Shown: positions 26,579 through 34,976 of the stretch, one piece after another | Numbering within the stretch: position 1 is the stretch's first letter | Layout of the letters: each line of letters starts with the position of its first letter | IMG/VR virus record: IMGVR_UViG_3300045988_183505 | Location: 1-64,000 of that record | Reading direction: 5' to 3' (one strand) | DNA length: 64,000 bases | Origin: a virus | Notes under the pieces: model-generated | The model's input: the letters and a program-made list of their open reading frames with translations, nothing else | What the model was told of the DNA's origin: nothing | The model's database searches: none | Translations under genes and position numbers: made by a program

Positions 26579-29500
26579 TTAATGAAAACTAATCTTTGCT
26601 TTGTACACCTTACCTTGGTCTGCTGGTCGGTCGATGTTCATAAGCCATGTATAAGTTTTTCCTGCCTTTGTTGTAAGAGCATTATGATTGCTCTCACCGT
26701 GGAGATAGATGTTGCCCTTGCCGTTGTATGTAGTAAGGTCAATGCACAAAGGAACACCTGCTTGCAGAGTACGCCCACATTGCAGCTTAATATCTTCGTC
26801 CAACTCTCCCAGATAGATGACGTATGATTCGTCCTTGAACCGGTTCATTGCACTGATAAAGCTGCCAGACCAACCGTCACCTTCCTCTGCTGCATTCAAA
26901 ACAGATTCCTGAACCCAGCCATAGCCCTTTGTCATGCCATGCCTCAACAGGTCAGCCGGTAGCAAAGAATCTCTGCTCGTCATTACCTGCCAGCCATACT
27001 TGGTGCTTACTTCATTGGATAATGAAGAACCAGTTCGATTCACCTTTCCAGCCTTGAAATAGATAAACCTTGCAAAATCCTCACTGTTGCCAGCCGTACA
27101 GCTTGCTGAGTATTGGACTGTTTTGGTTTCTCCGGCAACACTAACCGATACTGACCGCCCCTTATCCGCAGTAGACAAGAAACCATGTCCAGTGTGCATC
27201 TCACTGTAATGTCCACGACCTACCCACCGTAAAGCGTATTCTACGGTATCCTGCCGTTCCTGAGTAAAGCTTGCTCCATACTTTGTTTTCAGAGCGTCCA
27301 TGATGTTTTTGACATCTGTGTCGGAGAGTGCGGTAAGCGGATTGACATTCTCGTTATTGCTTCTGTCCTTCCAACTCTTTGTCATATTCAGCTCCAGAGG
27401 AACATCAAAGCCATAGCAATCATTCCAGTCCATTGCCATACGATGCAGTGCAAGCACCATATTATCTTCCGTCCAGCCTTCATATTGCTGCAAGAAAGCC
27501 TTCGTAGTCGGCTTGCCGGACTTAATCGGGAATAAGTATCTTCCCTTTTTAATGCCACAGTCTACATCGAAAATGTCTCTCAGCATATGTGCTCTCGAAG
27601 AAATTCCAGATGCGTCAATTCCATCTGTACCCTCTGCCCATTCCGTGCCGCTGATAATCAGGTTTACGCCTTCCATTCCAGTAACACTGCCTTGTGGGTC
27701 TTCCAGAGGCGATTCGCACCCACCGCTTTGACTATATGTCAATGCAGTGGAATAATCGAACTTACTTCTGTCATATTTGCCTTTGATAGCTCCATAGCCA
27801 TTATCTTTCAGCACAAAGTCATCAGCTCGTGTTTCGGACGACTTCGTGCTATAAATACCGGTCATCGCCATCTGCTCATTCGTTGCAGAGAAAACAACGC
27901 CCTGTGAATGTACACAGATATGACCGCCGCAATAGCTGTATTCATGCCCTTGGCACTTACGTTCATAGATTTCTGTTCTTTGCTGTAATGCAACCGCATT
28001 ACCAGAATATTTAGTTCGATACTGCGTTTTATACCTATTTGCCCATTTTGCATGAGGATAGCAGTAGTCTGGTTGCTCATCTCTATTTGTTGATTGCAAG
28101 TCCCATTTACCATCTTTCTCGTAGTAATATTGGAAGGATATTTTGTTTTGGTCATACAAATATTTCATCAGCTGTGTACGCCCGACATCATCTTTATACT
28201 TATAGACAGTTGTTCCGTCAGTCTCTTGTCTTGCCCATTGCCAATTTGTTATACTTGAATCACATTCCAAAGAAAGCTTTTCATTAAATTTTACATATTC
28301 ATATATTATGTTCATGCCTGCAATAGCTGGGTCGTCTTGAAAATGATAATATAACATATTATTATACAGATACGCATACTGCATTTCTCTCCGTACAAAT
28401 ACCTGCTTTGTTTGGCTATCTACTTTTTGGGAATCACGAACAGCGAATGCAGGTTTACTGTAACTTGTCTTTCTGAAAGTGTTTTTATCTGCTGAAACCC
28501 AATATGTTGAATCAGGTATCTCCACTTTATCATATGCTTTTTTCAATGCCCCTTCGAGAGCATCTTCACCACTTTTTTCAGCTTCGCTTTCACTATCTTT
28601 CCAGTCGCCCCATACTGACTGCCTTATTGTTGTCCAGTCAACTGTAACATCACTTTTTAATGACCAGCAGCCTTCACGCAACTTTGAAACTATTTTCTGA
28701 TATGTTGCTTCATTGTTTGTAAATCCACTCCATAAACAAAGCTTTTGTACATTATCAGAGGTCATATTGTCCTCTGTCGAAACTGTAATATCAAACCCGT
28801 TGTTTTCATTCAAGAAATACTTATTGTTTCCTTTTTCCACAAACGGCTCAACCTTGCCATTGGAAGTCATTGCAACCTCGAATTTGCTTGTCACTGGAGA
28901 AACACACAATTTTACTTCACTTGCCTGTTTCTGTGTCAAATCCTGTGTCTTATCCGTGCCGCCTTTCAGCACAAATTTGTTTCCAGCATTTTTACCAGTC
29001 AGATAATCTGCAACTGGATAATACTCCACTTTCAGCTGTATTTCTTGCTGATGGCTGCATTCAAACAGTGTGGTTGCATAGTTCTGTATCGTCTTGAAAC
29101 TTACTGTACCAGAAAGATTCAATGCGTCCTTAAAGCTTTCCGGCTGCTCTGTCCCATTCCACCATGCAGAAATCGCATCACCTGCCCATTTGAACACACT
29201 TTTCACCTTCGCACAGAAATTATCAAAGTTGATTTGTGAAGGCGAACGCCCCAAAATAGATGTCATACTTGCATCGTCAAAATCGTCCAGCGTGAACTGA
29301 TACAAAGTATCCGTCATTGAGATAATGTCTTTAATGTTACAGGTATGACCGCTCTCGATTGCTGAATAGCCTGCCAGAGAAGCATTGGTGTAATCATCAA
29401 ATCCACCAGCGGTATTATCTGTGCTGTAGTCTCCTCGAATACTTGCATCATTTTTGCCGTTGATAAAAGATGCTGACGTGCTGTTTCCTTCTGTACGGAC

Positions 29501-32320
29501 ATTGAAAGAATTGGTATTCGCTGAAACTTCCACAATCGTTCTGCCGTCATACCCATCTACCTTTGTCAGATATTCTGCATTATCCGAACTGGAAACAGCT
29601 CCATGAAATGGGTTGATATAGAAATAGCCGCTATCCACTTCAAGGTTATCCATATTGCCAACATAGGTACTCATATTTTCATAATTGATACCATACTTTA
29701 AGTCGGCTCTATTGTTGTAAAGCTCATCGAAGTTTCTCAATGATGCAATCCATTCGTCCTGTTCATCACCCAGATACTCATACAGCCGGAATGCAACTGT
29801 ATCTTCATAGGTGTCTGGAGCAAGCACATTATCAATCAGCTTATACGGCAGATTCGCAAACGACTGAATCACAGAGATTGCAACAATTGCAACTGCCAGC
29901 TGGCAACTGATACCGAAAATTGCAGCAGCACCAATCAGCACCACTTTGGCAGCGAACGCAGATACTGCTTTTGTCACTGCGGTAAAAGCTTTGCCCAGCT
30001 TTGTGTTCGCCAACTTCTTTTTCCAGTCCAGCTTATTCTTTACGCCGCTTTTCCAACTCTTGAACGACTGGTTCATCTGCTGGACTTTCTGCTTACCGGA
30101 ATATGCTTTGTTTCGCACTTTAGAAACTTTACCTGTCTTTTTCGGCTCAACTTTCTTTTTCTGTGCTTTTGCAGACGGCGGTTTGTGAGAACTCCTCAGC
30201 TTTCCAACCTTTTCCCTCTGCGTCTTCTTTATCTGCCGCTTTGCTTTTCCTTTTTTATGAGCATTCCGAACAGTCGTCACCAGATTCTTGGTGTACTTCT
30301 GTGTTCGCTGTACGCCACGCTTAATCGTTTGCAGTTCGCCGATTGTCTGCTGACTTTCCATGTCATCATTCAGCTTCAACAAGCCACTTGCTGCCATTGC
30401 CGACAAGGAAGTGGACATTGTATTTCCAGAAAGAGAAGTCAATGAGGCTTCCTTATTCTTCGTAGCTTGAAAAGCACCCTTCTTATTGATTTCACCAATA
30501 AGCTTTCTGGAACTTTCTGAAATGCCCAATGCTTTCATCTGGGCAGCCGTCAACCCTTCCAGCATTTGATGGTCGAATTTTCCGTTGACCTTAATGAACT
30601 GGAATCCTGCTTTTTCGGCTCTTTTCAGGAACTCACTGTTTATCTGGTGCAGGTCTTTCAATTTCATTGGATTCGTTGCAGAGAATCGCTTTCCGAAATC
30701 TTTATTGATTGCTTCCAGATGCTTGGACGCAGTAGAAAACATTCCCTGCTCTATCTCTGACAGCTTTACCGATTCAGCCATTGCTTCCAGCTTGTTTTTC
30801 ACATCTTCTGGTAAAGCACCGCCTGAACGCTGAATATCTTTTTTGATACTTCCAATGAGATTGCCTAAGTCAATTCTGTCTTTATAAGTTGCAGCTCCAC
30901 GATTGATAGACAGTTTGGCAATCAAATCCTTCTGTTCTTTCGTGAGCTTTACTGCCGGATTTGTAGATAATGCAGTAAGTGTGTCAATTTGATACTGATT
31001 CAGTTCCACAAAAGAGGACATAGACAACGCAACCATCTCTGTGTTTATGTTGTCTACGATGTTTTTTGCAGCCCCAAACGTGTACTGTTCCTTGAAGTCT
31101 GTATGATACTCCTGCTTATACTGAGACATTTGCATTGCCTCAGCATTCTTTTTTTGCACCGCTTGCTTTTTTGTCCGGATATTTGTACGAGTGGCGGCAT
31201 CATGAACAGTTTTCTGCCGCTTCTCATGCCGTGATAAAATCTGCTTGCGGAGCTTTTCATCGGTGACAACTCTGCCATTCATGACAACAGTGTCATTTCC
31301 CAGTACAACTGCGGTCTTACGTCTGCTCTGCGGAAGGCTGTGCGATAACGCTTCACCATTTCTGTCCAGACGCTGATTCAGCATAGACTGGGTATCTCGC
31401 TTTTCTTCACCGCCGCCCCACTGTTCCATTGTCTTGCCGACATTCATCACGCCAGCAACTACACCGCCCAGTTCATCAAGATTCCGAAGATACATATATG
31501 CCAACTGGTCTGTATATGTACCACGATTCGTCATCTCCGGAGTGGCGTTTTCCTGCTGCATTTCTTTTTGGGTTTCAGCATTGCCGTAACCCATTGCATT
31601 GTACGTCTTAACGAAATCGCTTGCCTGTACTTTTTGACCGCTTGCTTCATTTTTCTTCTGCTCATTGTAATCTGACTGTTCCTTTCCATTCAGATGTACT
31701 GTGTGCAGAATGTCTGTCAAAATCAGCTGCTGGTCTGCATTCAAGCTATCCTGAACAGTCTGGCTGGAAAGAGCCTTCTCCAGCTCCTCACGGCGTTCAA
31801 ACGAAGTGACTTCGTTGAGTGTGATTGCCTCTTGCAGTGCAGCTCCTGCATCTGGAGACAGCTGCTTTCGGATAGAATCATCACTGTAAAGTGCATGGAG
31901 CAGGTCTGTCTGTTCTTCTTTCAGCGTCACATTTTGCGGTGCAAATTTGATTCCATCTGTCATCGTATCAAATTTATACCGGTCTATCTCTGCTGGAATT
32001 TCTACCAGATACTGTCCATTCAACTTCTGTCCGGCAGGCGTTACTTCCACGCCCATCCTTTTCATCTCAAAGATGAATTTACGTTCTTCTGCCTTAGATG
32101 TAAACGCCACACGTTCATAATCCTGCTTCCGGTACTCCGGCTTTGGCGGCTCGCCATTTTTTTGCTTCTGCGGCTTTAGTGTGCCGTTTTCAGCGTGCAG
32201 GCTTGCAAACATATCATCTACTGCGGCGTTATACTGTCTGGCAACTTCATTGTATGCTCGTGACGATTTATCTGCTGTACCATTGGAGATAAATTCACCG
32301 AAGTTAGAAAGCCCACTCAT
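26579..32320 (-). CDS. giant T4SS-associated protein (1913 aa) with a central TM segment and a C-terminal NlpC/P60- or CHAP-like cell-wall hydrolase region
   Basis: K-rich stretch followed by TM helices (AKVVLIGAAAIFGISCQLAVAIVAISVI). C-terminus has WVGRGHYS..SASCTAGNSEDFARFIY..LLPADLLRHG, a Cys..His papain-like pattern. Confidence 0.7.
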   Translation of the reverse strand: MSGLSNFGEFISNGTADKSSRAYNEVARQYNAAVDDMFASLHAENGTLKPQKQKNGEPPKPEYRKQDYERVAFTSKAEERKFIFEMKRMGVEVTPAGQKLNGQYLVEIPAEIDRYKFDTMTDGIKFAPQNVTLKEEQTDLLHALYSDDSIRKQLSPDAGAALQEAITLNEVTSFERREELEKALSSQTVQDSLNADQQLILTDILHTVHLNGKEQSDYNEQKKNEASGQKVQASDFVKTYNAMGYGNAETQKEMQQENATPEMTNRGTYTDQLAYMYLRNLDELGGVVAGVMNVGKTMEQWGGGEEKRDTQSMLNQRLDRNGEALSHSLPQSRRKTAVVLGNDTVVMNGRVVTDEKLRKQILSRHEKRQKTVHDAATRTNIRTKKQAVQKKNAEAMQMSQYKQEYHTDFKEQYTFGAAKNIVDNINTEMVALSMSSFVELNQYQIDTLTALSTNPAVKLTKEQKDLIAKLSINRGAATYKDRIDLGNLIGSIKKDIQRSGGALPEDVKNKLEAMAESVKLSEIEQGMFSTASKHLEAINKDFGKRFSATNPMKLKDLHQINSEFLKRAEKAGFQFIKVNGKFDHQMLEGLTAAQMKALGISESSRKLIGEINKKGAFQATKNKEASLTSLSGNTMSTSLSAMAASGLLKLNDDMESQQTIGELQTIKRGVQRTQKYTKNLVTTVRNAHKKGKAKRQIKKTQREKVGKLRSSHKPPSAKAQKKKVEPKKTGKVSKVRNKAYSGKQKVQQMNQSFKSWKSGVKNKLDWKKKLANTKLGKAFTAVTKAVSAFAAKVVLIGAAAIFGISCQLAVAIVAISVIQSFANLPYKLIDNVLAPDTYEDTVAFRLYEYLGDEQDEWIASLRNFDELYNNRADLKYGINYENMSTYVGNMDNLEVDSGYFYINPFHGAVSSSDNAEYLTKVDGYDGRTIVEVSANTNSFNVRTEGNSTSASFINGKNDASIRGDYSTDNTAGGFDDYTNASLAGYSAIESGHTCNIKDIISMTDTLYQFTLDDFDDASMTSILGRSPSQINFDNFCAKVKSVFKWAGDAISAWWNGTEQPESFKDALNLSGTVSFKTIQNYATTLFECSHQQEIQLKVEYYPVADYLTGKNAGNKFVLKGGTDKTQDLTQKQASEVKLCVSPVTSKFEVAMTSNGKVEPFVEKGNNKYFLNENNGFDITVSTEDNMTSDNVQKLCLWSGFTNNEATYQKIVSKLREGCWSLKSDVTVDWTTIRQSVWGDWKDSESEAEKSGEDALEGALKKAYDKVEIPDSTYWVSADKNTFRKTSYSKPAFAVRDSQKVDSQTKQVFVRREMQYAYLYNNMLYYHFQDDPAIAGMNIIYEYVKFNEKLSLECDSSITNWQWARQETDGTTVYKYKDDVGRTQLMKYLYDQNKISFQYYYEKDGKWDLQSTNRDEQPDYCYPHAKWANRYKTQYRTKYSGNAVALQQRTEIYERKCQGHEYSYCGGHICVHSQGVVFSATNEQMAMTGIYSTKSSETRADDFVLKDNGYGAIKGKYDRSKFDYSTALTYSQSGGCESPLEDPQGSVTGMEGVNLIISGTEWAEGTDGIDASGISSRAHMLRDIFDVDCGIKKGRYLFPIKSGKPTTKAFLQQYEGWTEDNMVLALHRMAMDWNDCYGFDVPLELNMTKSWKDRSNNENVNPLTALSDTDVKNIMDALKTKYGASFTQERQDTVEYALRWVGRGHYSEMHTGHGFLSTADKGRSVSVSVAGETKTVQYSASCTAGNSEDFARFIYFKAGKVNRTGSSLSNEVSTKYGWQVMTSRDSLLPADLLRHGMTKGYGWVQESVLNAAEEGDGWSGSFISAMNRFKDESYVIYLGELDEDIKLQCGRTLQAGVPLCIDLTTYNGKGNIYLHGESNHNALTTKAGKTYTWLMNIDRPADQGKVYKAKISFH

Positions 32321-32341
32321 AATTTGTCAGCTCCTTTCTTC

Positions 32342-32962
32342 TTACAGATGCAGAAACTGGTCGTTGCCAATCACATCTTCATTTTCCTCTGAATTATCGT
32401 CTTCGTCATCGTAATCGTCTGCTACACCAGCATCTCGGCTATCCGGCTCATCTCTTGCCAGAAGTTCTTCCTCATACTCAACTTCGTCCAGTGTCATTTC
32501 TTCAATGCCAAAATAAGCACTGCTCGCATCGAACAGCAGAACCAGCTCATCTTCTTCTGTTGACATGAAAAGTGGACGAAAAAAAGACAGCACATATACT
32601 CGGCTATCTTCCAGTTCCGGCTTCACCAAGTCCAGAACGACTGCATAATCATTCGGCTTGCCTTCCAAAGCTTTCTGTGTGCCTCTCTGCAATGCAATGT
32701 CCCACATAGACCGAAGCCGCAGAATATCCTTGCTTTTGTCGATGGTTGCTTTCAAGGTAACTCGTACCAGATTGTCGTCCAGAAAAACAGTGGTTTCTAC
32801 CGGTGTTGTTTCCTGCTTGACTTCCACATTATTCATTGTGCCGTCTCTCAGGGTAAGAAACTGTTTCAGTGTCGCCACTGCATCGCAGAGCTGCGTCTTC
32901 TGCAACACTGTTCTCAGTTCTGACAGTTCCTCTGTTTCATTTGCCTCAATAATGCGTAACAT
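32342..32962 (-). CDS. hypothetical protein with a strongly acidic C-terminus
   Basis: 206-aa ORF with the tail DDYDDEDDNSEENED. Confidence 0.5.
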   Translation of the reverse strand: MLRIIEANETEELSELRTVLQKTQLCDAVATLKQFLTLRDGTMNNVEVKQETTPVETTVFLDDNLVRVTLKATIDKSKDILRLRSMWDIALQRGTQKALEGKPNDYAVVLDLVKPELEDSRVYVLSFFRPLFMSTEEDELVLLFDASSAYFGIEEMTLDEVEYEEELLARDEPDSRDAGVADDYDDEDDNSEENEDVIGNDQFLHL

Positions 32963-32973
32963 AATGCTCCTTT

Positions 32974-34032
32974 CTAGGAAATGGGTATCAATTCAACATA
33001 ATTGTCATCAGAAAACACGCCATACAGCTTGCCTTTCTTTTCAATGACACCCTCTGTATTGATTACTGCCGTTCCGTTTTCTAACAGAACATAGTCCATA
33101 TAGCCTTGGATATTTTTCCGAATCGGATAGATTTCTCTTTTGGAGCTGATTCTTTTGCCGAAATTTGCCGGTACACAAGAACCTTCATGAGTGCGAATCT
33201 CCAGTTCACACTGTTCCGGTTCGTCCGGCATCATCTCATCTTTCATCTGATATACCGCAGTATTCAAATGCCCTTCTCTGTCATATCTTGCACTGACAGA
33301 AAATACAATCCCTTCAACTCCAAAATGCACATCTTTCCCTTGCATGACACGATACTCCAGCAAATCATCTACCACAACAATCAGCGGCAGGCTTTCCATT
33401 GGAGAGCGAAATTCTGTAGGGAAGATATGCACAGTCACTTCTTTGAAAACCGGTGATGTTACCGCAATCTTTGCTACGGAATACCACATGGTTTCTTTAT
33501 ATTTTCTTTCAAATGTTTCTTGCAGACCGACCGGCGTATTGCCTTTTCCGGCAAGAAGTGAATCTCCAGACTTTGCTTTGGAATGCTTCTTTGCCTTGTC
33601 CTGATACATCAGCTCCACGCCAACACTTCTTTGTTGGTCAAGGTCTGCTGCATCAAAATATTCCGGTACAAATCCGTAATAAACATCAATAAACTCATTC
33701 GGTGCATCTAAAATGCTTTTTAATTCTTGTACACCACTCTCCGGAACAAAAATATTCAGCTTTTCACCTTGAATACGGAACACATAGAATCCTTCCAAAG
33801 ATACCATGAATTTCCGCAAGGTGTAACTCCCGAACGCATAGCTAATCCGATTCGCTTTTCGCAGGTCTACGTTCAAGCAGACAAGATACATCTCGTCCTC
33901 ACGCTTTATCTGCTGTGCAAAATCCAGAAAAGCAAATTCGTTCGGGAATCCTGCTTTTTCCGTGAAGTGGTCTTTACAAGTCAGCTCCAACTTTTCAGTG
34001 CTGGTATAATTCTTGTAAACCTTCTCCTGCAT
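32974..34032 (-). CDS. degenerate GGDEF-like (palm nucleotidyl cyclase fold) protein with an unknown C-terminal domain
   Basis: DHFTEKAGFPNEFAF, LVCLNVDLRKANRISYAFGSYTLRKF, FRIQGEKLNIFV and ELMYQDKAKKHS parallel GGDEF blocks DxLTGLxNRxxF, DiDhFKxiNDxyGHxxGDxvL, RxGGDEFxil and AlYxAKxxGRN. The signature is QGEKL (33757..33771). Confidence 0.5.
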   Translation of the reverse strand: MQEKVYKNYTSTEKLELTCKDHFTEKAGFPNEFAFLDFAQQIKREDEMYLVCLNVDLRKANRISYAFGSYTLRKFMVSLEGFYVFRIQGEKLNIFVPESGVQELKSILDAPNEFIDVYYGFVPEYFDAADLDQQRSVGVELMYQDKAKKHSKAKSGDSLLAGKGNTPVGLQETFERKYKETMWYSVAKIAVTSPVFKEVTVHIFPTEFRSPMESLPLIVVVDDLLEYRVMQGKDVHFGVEGIVFSVSARYDREGHLNTAVYQMKDEMMPDEPEQCELEIRTHEGSCVPANFGKRISSKREIYPIRKNIQGYMDYVLLENGTAVINTEGVIEKKGKLYGVFSDDNYVELIPIS

Positions 34033-34034
34033 GG

Positions 34035-34505
34035 TTAATCTGCTCCTTCTCCTGAAACATCGTCCGTTTCACTATCGGAAATCATCTGTTCCAGATATTC
34101 ATATGCAACTATCTCTGGCTTTTCTGTCATAAGAATTGTTCGTATCGTCATAATCCCGAAATTCTTATGCTGATTCTTTGTGACAGCTGCAATCTTGTAG
34201 GCATTCTCCGGTATCGGTTCAATGTGATATTCTTCACAAATACTCATGATTTTCTGATACCGAGAATAGTCCATTTTATTGTTGAAGCGTCTTTTTGCGT
34301 CCACTTCATATAGCTTTCGTTTTAATAACGAAACCAGAAAACTGACCTCTTTCTTTTCATACACCCTTTCAGCCAGTCCCTTGTGTTCCAGAAGCTCTAC
34401 GCAAGCCTCTGAAACGATGTCATCTGCACTTGTCCCCATATGGCAACACATTTTTTGCAGTGGCTTTGCTTGCTTTTGCAACGTAGTTACTATCCATTCC
34501 CACAT
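34035..34505 (-). CDS. small sigma-70-family-like or HTH regulator (weak)
   Basis: The ATG at 34505 follows AAAGGGGTG. SADDIVSEACVELLEH is region-2-like. The C-terminus AYKIAAVTKNQHKNFGIMTIRTIL is region-4/HTH-like. Confidence 0.35.
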   Translation of the reverse strand: MWEWIVTTLQKQAKPLQKMCCHMGTSADDIVSEACVELLEHKGLAERVYEKKEVSFLVSLLKRKLYEVDAKRRFNNKMDYSRYQKIMSICEEYHIEPIPENAYKIAAVTKNQHKNFGIMTIRTILMTEKPEIVAYEYLEQMISDSETDDVSGEGAD

Positions 34506-34524
34506 GACTACACCCCTTTCTCCG

Positions 34525-34704
34525 TCATTTTGCGTTGCAGCGTAAGTCTTTGTTTTCAGACTTCTTATCATTCGCAATCCTACGGATTATTTCTCCGGCT
34601 TCTGTCAAGGAATTTCCAAGGCAGTAATTATCCGGCGAAGCATAGTATGGTGTATCGCTCAGGAATTTTTGCAAGTCTTCTTTGTCTCGAAAGTTCAAAT
34701 TCAT
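34525..34704 (-). CDS. hypothetical small protein
   Basis: ORF 34525..34734 trimmed to the ATG at 34704 after GGAGAG. Confidence 0.3.
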   Translation of the reverse strand: MNLNFRDKEDLQKFLSDTPYYASPDNYCLGNSLTEAGEIIRRIANDKKSENKDLRCNAK

Positions 34705-34913
34705 CACTCTCCATAAGGTGTGAGACATACACACAAAGCAAATACGCTTTCAATCATTACAGCTGCTTGTCCGCAGACCATAATCAATGGATTTGGATAA
34801 ACCAAAACCCTCAGATATGTATGCCTATAGATGGTAAACCCAAACGTGGGGAACGTTGCCCAGAACAGGGCAGAAAATCTCTGTCTATAGTATAACATAT
34901 CCAAGGGGATTGA

Positions 34914-34931
34914 AATGTATAATTGTACATC
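34914..34931. promoter_or_regulatory. inverted repeat, class II (AATGTATAATTGTACATC)
   Basis: 15/18 identical to 19377..19394. Lies about 22 nt upstream (minus sense) of TACTAT, between the VirB4 gene and the sigma-like/GGDEF-like operon. Confidence 0.45.
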
Positions 34932-34976
34932 TATCCTGTTTTTTGGACAGAACAGATGAAGTTACCTTTTGTCAGG

